A DNA stretch of 61,420 nucleotides. Source: Gracilinanus agilis. Taxonomy: Eukaryota. The notes beneath the pieces are model-generated. The model did not search any database, was not told where the DNA came from, and saw nothing but the letters and a program-made list of their open reading frames with translations. This document shows, one piece after another, positions 50,885-61,314 of this stretch. Location of the stretch: contig NC_058133.1 of assembly GCF_016433145.1 (NCBI RefSeq), forward strand, positions 514,874,065 to 514,935,484. Reading direction: 5' to 3'. Position 1 is the first letter of the stretch; each line of letters begins with the position of its first letter. Both the position numbers and the translations under genes were made by a program.

Positions 50885-51853
50885 TTAGGCTCTGCCACTT
50901 AGACTTTCCCAGGGACTTTGAGGCAGTTTCCCCAGTGCCCTCCGAAAGGCCTGTCTCAGCTTGCTGTGGCCCAGTATTAGGATGATGGAGTGGGTCATGG
51001 GATAGACATTCATGACTATCACTGAAAGTATGGCAAGAAGTTTACAATGACATATAGATAAGCTTAAGACTCCCATGGTGATGCCCAAATGGTATACTAC
51101 AAAAACAAAGAGGAAAGAGATTATGCATTTCATGGCCCTCACATGGGCCTCTGTGTTGGGATCCCTGGAGCCTATGACTGTGAGATGCATCTTCTGTGTA
51201 TGCCTCCACAAGGACAGTACTAACAGGAAACAGGAGATGAAAGATAGAGCAAAGGGGACCAAACCCCCAGTATTTAAGAGAATCAAGGCAGAAAATTTTA
51301 GGGTTTTCAATCTTTGGACATTATGACTCATATTTATTTTATTTTCCTGATCACTGGGAATCAATTGTATCTTAGTGATTCTCTCCATCGTTGGAAGGAT
51401 AATGATCAAGGATATGGGTAAGCACCCCATCAGCATCCTGAGGACCACCTTGTTAATTCTCCACTTCAACCAAAGAAAGGCAGGGTGGGAGAAATTTGCA
51501 ATCTTCAGAAAGTAGAAGATACTGAGGCAAGTTCCAAACCAGGCACTTGAATGGTTGCTAATGTTCCAAATAACTTCTGAAAGAATCCAATTATTAGTGT
51601 AATCTCTCTTAACATAGATAAAAACAAAAATGGTCATTGTCATTAGTGCCCACAATGTACCAATCCTGGAGATGGCCAAGCCAGTAAGGATGAAATCAAC
51701 TGGGGTTACTCTTCTGGTCTTCACCCACTCAATACAGTTTACCAATCCAATGAAGCCATTGGTGAAAACTCCCACTAGGAATTGTCCAAAGGCCACAATC
51801 ACACAGATGTTCTCGAGTACACTTGGCATATTTATGAAGAGAAATTCCTTCAT
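50885..51853 (-). CDS. TAS2R: Bitter taste receptor type 2 (TAS2R), intact, 322 aa (314 aa from family-consensus ATG 51829)
   Basis: MPSVLENI, GVFTNGFIG, LAISRI, FYFLKIANFSHPAFLWLKWR, LSLWRHTQKM, RDPNTEAH, YPMTHSIILILGHSKLR. ECL2 sequon NMS. Confidence 0.96.
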   Translation of the reverse strand: MKEFLFINMPSVLENICVIVAFGQFLVGVFTNGFIGLVNCIEWVKTRRVTPVDFILTGLAISRIGTLWALMTMTIFVFIYVKRDYTNNWILSEVIWNISNHSSAWFGTCLSIFYFLKIANFSHPAFLWLKWRINKVVLRMLMGCLPISLIIILPTMERITKIQLIPSDQENKINMSHNVQRLKTLKFSALILLNTGGLVPFALSFISCFLLVLSLWRHTQKMHLTVIGSRDPNTEAHVRAMKCIISFLFVFVVYHLGITMGVLSLSICHCKLLAILSVIVMNVYPMTHSIILILGHSKLRQAFRRALGKLPQSPWESLSGRA

Positions 51854-52146
51854 ACCATTAATACTTTTCCTGATGAATAAATTTCTAGTCCAGATGAACA
51901 GAAAAATCTCTCTCTTAAGATAACAGTGGTCTTCTTCTTCCTCTTCCTTGTGTTCTTTTTCTATGGTCAGGAAACCTGGGTCCTTCTAAGGGACAGGACT
52001 ATAGCTGAATTCATAACAAACATCACTTTTCCTTTCTATTAGTTGAGGTGATTGTTAGCTCAAACCTTGAGCCTGTAGTTTCAGTATTTTAGGTGGTAAT
52101 CATTCATGTGTGCTAAGCCTAAGAGTCTGAGCAGCTGTTTTCAAAG

Positions 52147-52205
52147 ATGTAAATGAAGGACAGATTCTATTTCACTGTTTTGCACTTTTAACTCAACCTA
52201 ATTTG
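52147..52205 (-). promoter_or_regulatory. Conserved TAS2R upstream module, copy H
   Basis: ATGTAAAT(52147-52154)-gaaggacagattcta-TTTCACTG-N20-CTAATTTG, 318 bp from ATG 51829. Confidence 0.7.
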
Positions 52206-52313
52206 TCTACATTAAAGAAATCAACTAAAGTATCTATCAGAGAGAATGTAGAAAAATATAGGGATAGAATATTTATCAACTTTCTGACAATTATCTTTCC
52301 TAAAATGCAGTGA

Positions 52314-52532
52314 GAGGGGCAGCTGGGTAGCTCAGTGGATTGAGAGCCAGGACTAGAGACAGGAGGTCCTGAGTTCAAATCTGACTTCAGACACTTCCTC
52401 GCTATGTGACCCTGGGCACAGCCTAGCCCTTACCACTCTTCTTCCTTGGAACCAATACACAGTATTAATTCTAAGATGGAAGTTAAGGGTTTGTTTAAAA
52501 TAAAATAAAATAAAATAAAATAAATAAAAAAA
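52314..52532 (+). mobile_element. SINE1_Mdo-like SINE with (TAAAA)n tail and 13-bp TSD
   Basis: TSD taaaatgcagtga at 52301-52313 and 52533-52545. Confidence 0.93.
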
Positions 52533-52814
52533 TAAAATGCAGTGAAGTCTAGTGGAAAGAAGACAGGACCCTTGGATTTGACTCCAATCTGACATGTTCT
52601 AGCTTTGTTATCATGAAAAAAATCAGTCTGTAACATGGGGTGAATAAGTCTAGTAGAATGCCAAACATTCAGGGAAAGCACTAACTTAAAATGAAGGTAA
52701 AAACCAATGGAACTAAGATAAAGAAATCATGACATCAGCTCTAAAAGAGGTATGAGTATTCCACATGTTAACTTGGTTAACAAAGATGGAAAAATGATGA
52801 TCGAGTAGTAAGGC

Positions 52815-55770
52815 ATCAAGGGAAGATGGCACAGTAGAACATGAAGCTTTCTTGTCCTCCTAAAATACCTCACAAACAACCAAAAATAATTCCACAGAAT
52901 CAAAGCTAAAAGTGGCAAAAACAGACATGAGTTGAGAGTGAAACTGAACAGCCTGGGAAAAATAAGGAGGAAGGTTTCTGTCTTCTTTGACCTCAGACCT
53001 ACTGCTATAGGCCCTGGGGCAGCAACAGACCTGATTGATGTCAACAAGGCAATCCCTGGAGGCAACCTTGCCGTATTTGCTGAGCCCTTTGGAGCCTATA
53101 TCACTGAAGATAGTACTGGAATCCTCAAGTGAAGGGCCCCAGAAGCAGCTATGTCTGCTGTAGCCTCAACTCCAGAGACCTCCAAAGGCCCACAGCTTGG
53201 GAATGAGGAAGTAGACAGCCTGGAGTATGCTGGCCCTTGGCCCTGAGGGCAGAAGCTCAAGCCTTGCTGCTAGCAAACAAAGGATTTTGAAGACCCAAGG
53301 AATGTAGACTAGACAGCTGTTCTGTCCTGGAATGAGTCAATAAGAGAAAGAGTAAGGTAGGAGCACACACCAGTGAGTGCTTACTGAAGGCCTGGACCCC
53401 CATCAGCTAAGATCATTCCCAGGGGACTGGAGTCCCTGCTTGCTACAACAAGGGAAGGTAGGCTAGCTATTTGCAATAGCAATGGCAGAACTGCCCAAAA
53501 GCTCTAGTCAGAACACTTGAGGTCAGTCACAGACAGTTGCTTAAGCAAATGACCCAAGATTAAATTAGATCCTGGACTTCCAGGTTTAGAAGAAACTACT
53601 ATAACAATAAGAAGAAAAAAATTAATACTGTGGAGCTACAGTCAGAACAACACAAGACTTAATAGCCACATTTAAAGGACTCGGGGCATGTAACAGCATT
53701 TTGTAGAGCAAAAGTACTGGGCTTACGATGAAGAGTAACATATCCAACTTTAATGAACATAATTATAGAAGGTAAAAAAATCAATATTTAATGATCTAAA
53801 GGAGTTACAACTATTTCTGGGAGAAAATCCAGAACTCAGCAGAAAATTTGATTCATAAGAAAAATACAAAAGTAATGAAAGACTAATCATAAGCAATCCA
53901 AGAGGTCAAATTATTTGATTCTTGTATGGGAAAATTCCATCAATGGCCTGTGGGAATGGTGTAATTTCCTGGGTATTTTTTTGATATGCAAATGTTTTAT
54001 CTTTTATTTATTTTTTATTTTAAAAATATTTTTCATGTTTACATATCTCATTTTCTTACCTTCCCCTTTCTCTTCCCCCTCCTGAATCCAACAAGCACTT
54101 CTACTTGGTTACACAAATGCCACCACCTATACCCATTTCCATATCATTCATCTCTGCAATAGAGAAATCTTTTAAAACCGAAACACCAAACCATATATCC
54201 ATATAAATAAATGATTGGCTATATGTTTTTCTTCTGTTGTTCTACTCCCACAGTTCTTTCTTTTGATATGGATAGCATTCTTTCTCCTAAGTCCCTTAGG
54301 ATTGTCTTATATTAACAAAGTCCATTACATTGGATTATTCCACAATGTTTCACTTTCTGTGTATAATGTTCTCTTGGTTCTGCTCATTTCACTCTGCATT
54401 AGTTCCTGGAGATTCTTCCAGTTCATATAGAAATCCTCCATTTCATCATTCCTTACAACACAGTAGTATTCCATCACCATCATATACCATAATTTGCTCA
54501 GCCATTACCAAATTGAGGGACACCCCCTCATTTTCCAATTTTTTGCCACCACAAAGAGCATGATTTCCTGGGTATTTTGAATGGATGTATATAGATGGAA
54601 GACTTTAGGCCAAGATGAATGTAATGGAATAAGCCAAAATGGTAGGAGAATAGAGCAGAAATGAGGTAGGGTGGAATGACTATCTCATATGGAGGAGGAA
54701 CAAGTGGAGGAACTGAAATGGAGAAAGGGAAGAGAGGATTGAAGACTGGTAGTATTAAAAGACTACTTTCATAAGATTTGCTATAAAAAGAGAACAATAT
54801 ACACAATTAGAAGGGTAAAAATTTTCTTAATGTATATAGAAACAAGAGGGATAGGGTGATGGGATAAGGGATGGACTAGGGAGGAGAGTACATATCAAGA
54901 GGAGGTGAGTAAAGTGAGGAAATGGGGTGGAATTCTTAGGAGAGGATAGGGGAGGGATTTTTAGAATTGAACTTATATCAAAAAGTAGGAGGGTATGATT
55001 GTAGGGATAAGTAAGTGATTTTTGAAAAGGTGGATAGAATAAGAATTAAAAAGTAAGGAGAAAGGGACAAGAGAAGGACCTTTGGAAACATGGACCATTT
55101 TGGAACTAGGAGGTCAAAGGATGACAATAAAGGAGTGTTTTGGGGAAAGGATGTGAATTGGAGAGGTATTGGTCATAGGAAATTGGACATCTGAGGAGGG
55201 ATATGATAGAAAGGAAGAAGGGGACAACAGTGAGAAGGAACAGAGTTGATCGAAATATATCTTATGACATTGAGTTTAATCAAATGAATTCACATATAGG
55301 AAGAAAATGGAGAGCAGAAACATTAAAAAAAAAAACCAGGACCTTACACTGTGTGGTTTACAAGAAATACACTGAAAATGAGAGACACACATAAAGTTAA
55401 AGCGAGGGACTTGAGCAGACTATACCATGCCTTGACTGATCCAGAAAAGGTTGAAATAGTAGCCATGATATCTGATGGAGTTGGGGCTAAAATGGGTATA
55501 ATTGAAAGAGATGAACAGAGTGACTATTTTATGTTGGGAAGTAATATGAATACTGAAGTATTATCAGTATTGGACTTGCATACCAAGTGTCATAGCATCC
55601 AGATTTTTAAAGGAAAAACTAAAGGATATGCATATGGAAATAAATAACAAAATAATAATAGAAGACTTTAATTTCTCACTCAATGAGTTAGATAAACCTA
55701 ACCAAAAAATGAATAAGAAAGAAATTAAGGAGATAAATGGAACCTTAGATAGTTAGATATGATAAATATT
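52815..55770. mobile_element. Old L1 5'UTR/ORF1/inter-ORF/endonuclease fragments (sense) with a nested antisense L1 3' end (~54005-54565)
   Basis: L1 start-like gggaagatggc at ~52821. ORF 55351-55647 (LYHALTDPEKVEIVAMISDGVGAKMGIIERDEQSDYFML) is a decayed APE domain. Antisense 3'UTR motifs at 54.0-54.55k. Confidence 0.7.
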
Positions 55771-57579
55771 GGGAGAACCCATACACACCTGCATGACATC
55801 ACTTGTAGATCTAAGGCTAAGCATACACGTACTACAAACATAGGTTGCTGGTGAGATAACAGTGGTTTAGAGAACATAACAATTCTGCAAAAGTCCTACT
55901 TTAACACTCATTATACTATGGGGATAAATCTGCAATTCTGAGGGGTTGTGGCATTGAAACAAAAGTTCCACTGGGTATGACCAAACTGTAAAGATTTAGT
56001 TTTGAAAAGAATATGGTCCTGACAACAGATTGTGTCTGCTGCCTAAGGACAATTATAGTTAAATATGGCCCTGTTTATGTATGTAAACCAGAAAGGTTAA
56101 GCTGAACAAATTAAATGTTAATAGGAACAAGGAGAAACAGGCCTAATATTACATTGCTAGAGCAGTTGTGAATTGTTTGGGGGTTTGTTTGGGTTTTCTA
56201 AGAAAACAAGATGGAAATATGTATTAAGAGCTATAAATCTATTGATGTTTATTGATTTAGGGATCTCATTACTAGGATTAGGACCTAAGGGCATTTTTGA
56301 GAGGGTAAAGACTATGTATATATGAAACTATTCACAGAAGTTTCATTTGCAATGACAAAATAACTGGAAGTAATGCAAATGAAGTAAAGGGGAGAAATAG
56401 CTGTAAAAAGTATGTATTTGATTGTAATTGATTATATTATATTATTAGAAATGACAAATTTTGTAACTATAAAGGAAATAATGGAAATATATGAAGAGAT
56501 GAAAAGAGAATAAGAATAATACAAGCTATGATCATATTTTCTTAGTGACATTTTTGAAAGTATCCAAGTAAAACAAATCCAAAGGGAACTCAAAAGCAGA
56601 GGATATTGATATTAGCACACATCTATAATTTACATAGTTTTCACAAATTGTAAACAATATGTATTTGTGGTTTTGCACATCATTTTTTAAGCACATGTTT
56701 AGTTAAATGTTCTTTATTCATGGTGGTGATGGTTAGTAAGTATATAATAAAACAATTAAATCATAAAATGGTGGGAAACTAATGTACAATCTTCTTTCTC
56801 CAGACTCACTTCATGGTTTACATAAAAACATAGCCTGTTTTTCATGAGGAAAGTAAAAGATTATCCAAAAGCAACCAGCAACTAGTAAATTTCATAAGGG
56901 AGGCTTATTCTTGTATATGGCACTAATTACCCAGGTACCATATTTCAAGAAATCATTAAATGGTACCACCTAAATTTCTTAGAAACAAAAGAAGAGTTGA
57001 AAATAGAAAAAAAAAAAATCTCCTGGTCAAAATCCAGATCTACCAAGACAAAGACAAAATACTGACTACAAACAACCAGAAAATAAAGGCACCAAGGAGT
57101 CATTCAGAATCTGATAATATTATAGTTTCTATAAAAGAGAAGAAATGGTGGATTGCGATATTGCAAAAGACAAAGGCTTAGAAAGAAAAATAACATATTG
57201 GAATTCCAAATAAAAATATATTTGTAAAAGAATAGTATTCTTTATGAAAAGAACAGAAGCAAAAATATTCTGAAAAGAAAAAGTGTGATTTAAGAAAAAC
57301 CAAACTACATTTGAGGAATTAGAAGGGCCCAAATGACGGTGACCTTCCTACACTCTAACAAGGAGAGAGAAAGGAAGGCTCCCTTCAAAAACCCTGTTTT
57401 CAAGAGTGACAGATCAGAAGGACAAATTCAGAGCTTGTAGGAAACTTTGTTCTGTTTTGGTGGTTTCAAGAAAGGAAGGAAAGTAGAATGAAATCCACAG
57501 GGGAAGAAACAAGTAAGAAGGGGAGACTTAATAAAGGTAGAATCCATAAAACTTGGCAACTGATCAGAATATGTGATGT

Positions 57580-58625
57580 TGTTTGACTTTTTGGATATAA
57601 AAAAGAGAGTGAGAGGTCAAGAAGGGATCCAGGTTTGGAAGTCTAGTAGATTGTAAGTGCATTCGAATCCTTGTCAGAAACCAGGAATTTTAGAGTCGTG
57701 AAAGTTTTTTGAGGGGAATACAATGAATCTGTTTGAGATATGCAAAGATTAAATTATCTATTGGACATCAAATTAGAAATTTCCAGAAGACAGCAATGTG
57801 AGACAATAGTCCAGGACATGGATTTCAGCTTGAAACATAAATTTGAGACTTCCCTAAAGAGATGATCATTTAAATGAGTCTCTTCCTCTTCTCTCAATTT
57901 AAAGAAAATAAGGATAATCATGGTTTTTGTTTTGCTTACTTGACCCTTTTGAGTCTTATTTTCTTCTAGATTAATATAGATTCTAGCACCATCATTCATA
58001 TTTTCTGTCATGAAATAGATGAACAATTGATCCCATCAAAATAAGGGCAGAGCCTTGGTGGATGATCATATAGAGTGGTCATAATAGAGTGATCATCCAG
58101 TAATAAATACTGAGGAAAGAAAAGTCAGATTCTTAAGAAGAGAGCCAAGAGAGAATAATGTCATGAAAACCAAGGATGAGAGGATAGCCCACAGGAGTAT
58201 GTATGATTTAGTGTATCAGAAGGTTTAGTGAGGTCAAAATGAATGAAGCCTGAGAAAAAGGCATTGATGTTAGTGGTTATGGGAACACTGGTGGCCCTGG
58301 AGAGAGCAGTCCAATCAAGAAGCACTTATTTGGGGGCACCTAGGTTGCTCAGAGGTTAGAGAGCTTGGCCTGGTGATAGGAGGTCCTGGGTTCAAATCTG
58401 AATTCAGACACTTTCTAGCTGTGTGACCCTGAGCAAGACACTTAACTCCCTTTGTCTAGCTAGACTCTAGCTCTTACTGTTCTTCTGCCTTAGAACCAAT
58501 ACACAGTATTGATTCTAAGAAGGAAAGGATTTAAAAAAAATCATTAATGCTTACTATGTGGCAAACCCTGGAAAACAAATTAAAAGCAAAAGGAGTTCTT
58601 GCCTTCAAGGAGTTTATATTCCAAA
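57580..58625 (-). mobile_element. L2 fragments, antisense, interrupted by a SINE
   Basis: gagaataatgtcatgaaaaccaagg..gaggtcaaaatgaatgaagcctgagaaaaaggcattg and the terminal aatgcttactatgtg..ttgccttcaaggagttt. Confidence 0.65.
58332..58540 (+). mobile_element. SINE1_Mdo/MAR1-like SINE
   Basis: Head gggggcacctaggttgctcag, CORE region and A tail. Confidence 0.88.
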
Positions 58626-59548
58626 ATATTTCAGTTAATTGGTGGAGTCAGAAGTCATATTTCTAGAAACTGAGGAATTAGTAGGAGGTAGGGAAGTGGA
58701 GGCAAGGAAGAGCCTTTCAACAGCCTGATATCCAGAAGTAAATGTTCATTCCTCAAGTATGACATTGTATTGAGTTCAGACATTCTAATGCCTCCACTTC
58801 TCTTAAACTTTATCAAATATTTACTCAGGCCTGTGGGTATGTTGGGTCTGGGGGTGCAAGAAGGATGAAAAGGAGCAAGACATGTTTGCTTCCACAAACA
58901 CAAACAGTACATACATGCCTACATTTCAACCAATAAATTACCATTTATTAAATGTCTTCTATGTTCCAGATCCTGTTCTAGGCACTGATTTTATCCATTT
59001 GTGATATGAAGAGTTAATTTTAAAAAAAGGAAAGTCATAAGGACTTTTTTAAAGAATGAGAAGGAAAATCAATGTAAAAAAAAAAAAAGACAGTGGCATC
59101 ATGGTAGTCAACCTTTTGGCCCTCTTAGGCTTCATCTATCATAATGTGTATCACTGTGTCTATTTTTTTCTCCCTTTAAAAGCTTATTGGTGCAAAGTCT
59201 CTAGGGCCTGTGGTCATGGGCAATGATATAGAAGCTGATCCATGAATACCTTTTTCCTGTCTCCATGAGTAACTCATATTGTACTTAAGTTGATGCAGGA
59301 TCTTCCTATGGGCACCAGCCCTTAAAGGATAGAAGACCTCATGGTCAGAAGAACTGGCAATCAATCACCTTTTTACATGACTTTCTATTGCTTTGGTGCC
59401 TGATATTTAATAAACATTTCTTTCATAGATAGTACTCAATAATTTGAAATAATAATGAATAGAAGAGTCTTAGAAAAGTGTTTCAAGACTCAGCTGGCTT
59501 CTTTCCTCCTGGAAGAGGCAAGATTCAGAACATATCTGTTTCCAGAAT

Positions 59549-60507
59549 TCAGTTTCTCAGAGCATTTGAAGCAATTCTTGTGACCTCAGAGAGGTTTACC
59601 TTAGCTTCCTGGGTTCCAAGATTAGAATGATGGAATAGTACAAGGGGTAGAAGTTCAAGACCATCAAAGAAAATACCCTTAACAGATTATCCTCCACTAA
59701 AGAAAACACTAATTCTCTTATGATAGAGGTTGTGAAAAACAAATAGGAAGAGGAAGGATATCAGAGATTTCCTAGCCTTCACATGGGCTTCACCACTGGG
59801 GTCTTTGAAGTCTGTGACATTGATCTTTATCTGTTGGATGTTCCTCCCCAGGAAGATTAGCAGATAACAGGTAATCAGGGACAGATCAAAAGGGAAAACT
59901 CCCACATGTACACAACTATGCAGGCACACATGTGTACATACATAACTCCCTATTGAAAAGAATCAAGATGGAAAAATGTTGGTCTTAACTTCCTGGGACC
60001 TTCTGGGTCATGTTTTTTTTCTTTCTTCTAGATCAATATGGATTGTGGAATTGTTTGCTTTCCCTTCCATTGAAAGATCAATGAACAAGTTGATGAACAA
60101 TCAACCCAGTAGCATCCTAAAAATCCCCTTGATAATTCTCTCTAGCTAAGGAAAGCCAGGGTGAAAGGAGATTCTAATCTTTAGAAAGTAGAAACTTCTA
60201 GAGGAAGTGGAAAACCAGACCCTCATATGATTACTTAAGTCCCATGAGGCCTCCAAATACCTCAGTTTAGCAAGGACATAACATCCAGGATTGAACACAA
60301 TTACAAAAAAAGCCTACTGTTAGTGTTCATCACTAGTTTTCACCACCTAGAGATGACCAAGTCACTGAGAAAGAAATCCCCAGTGAACATTCTTTTGGTC
60401 TTCCAATTTATGCAGTTCACCAAAACAATGGAGCCAATGGTCAAAGACCTCCCTAAGAACTCTCTAGCAGTCATAGTCACATAGATGTTCTCCATCATAC
60501 TTGGCAT
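59549..60507 (-). pseudogene. TAS2R pseudogene (stops, frameshifts, 47-bp insertion in TM5)
   Basis: MPSMMENIYVTMTAREFLGRSLTIGSIVLVNCINW..GDFFLSDLVISRW*, later GVFPFDLSLITCYLLIFLGRNIQQIKINVTDFKDPSGEAHVKARKSLISFLFLF and a degenerate YPLYYSIILILEPRKLR. Confidence 0.92.
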
Positions 60508-60655
60508 GTCTAAGGAGAGAAAACATAGCATAATTCAGGACAACTACACCAAACCACCAACTAATGATTTTTAACACAGACTCTGCTTTTATCTTCTCAT
60601 CATTACCAGGAAGTAATTTTCCACTTTCTCTCATGGTTAGCTCTTGTTTGTAAAG

Positions 60656-60715
60656 ATGTAAATGATGGATGGATTTCATTTCATTGCTTTACACTTTCTT
60701 CCTCTGTCTAATTTG
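60656..60715 (-). promoter_or_regulatory. Conserved TAS2R upstream module, copy I
   Basis: ATGTAAAT(60656-60663)-gatggatggatttca-TTTCATTG-N21-CTAATTTG. It is only 149 bp from ATG 60507, implying a ~150-bp deletion in between. Confidence 0.65.
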
Positions 60716-60987
60716 TCTACATAGGGATCATAAGCAACTGTCTAGGACAGGAAAATAGGGAGAAAAACCAAACAAATTTACCAGCGTGCCACTATCTTTG
60801 TTGAGAAGCAATCTAATATTCTGGAAAGAGGGTTAGCATCTTTCACTTTATTTCCTTCAGGAGTCTTTTTTTTTTAATAGCATATGTGATATTTGTTTTC
60901 AGTCATGATATGTCGAATATGGAAATATGTATTTCACGAAAGCGCTAATATAACCTATATCAGACTATTTACCACTTTAGAAAGACA

Positions 60988-61045
60988 GAGGAAGGAAGGA
61001 AGGAAGGAAGGAAGGAAGGAAGGAAGGAAGGAAGGAAGGAAGGAA
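60988..61045. repeat. (GGAA)n microsatellite
   Basis: About 14 GGAA units. Confidence 0.97.
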
Positions 61046-61314
61046 AGAGAGAATCTGAATAGCAAAGTATCAGAAAACAATTGTCAAAAATGGCTTCTAT
61101 AGGCAATTGAAAAATATAAAATTCAATAAAGAAAGGAAAGATGGCTGGATTCTTGAGCTTAGATCCCAGTTCTAAGAAACACTAGTTGTGTGCTCACTGG
61201 AAAAATCACTAACCTCATTTGAACCTGTTTCCTCATTAGGAAAAAAAAGGGTAGCAAGATTTGCAATATTTGCCTCAGAATGTAGTTGTTAAAAAGATGT
61301 GTAATTTCCAGGGA

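Noticed and set aside
50885-50940. Possible frameshifted C-terminus of the 50.9k receptor (GKLPQSPWESLSGRA)
   Set aside because: The tail follows an intact TM7/helix 8, a similar ctcaaa-g-cc-ctgggaaa sequence exists in the 38k paralog, and TAS2R tails are variable.
4283-51853. Assigning numbered symbols (e.g. TAS2R7/8/10)
   Set aside because: Motifs resemble the main eutherian cluster clade, but one-to-one orthology cannot be established without a phylogeny.
52932-53132. Protein-like 66-aa ORF (..PTAIGPGAATDLIDVNKAIPGGNLAVFAEPFGAY..)
   Set aside because: Lies in the GC-richer 5'UTR region of an old L1 starting near 52815. No recognised domain and no independent support.
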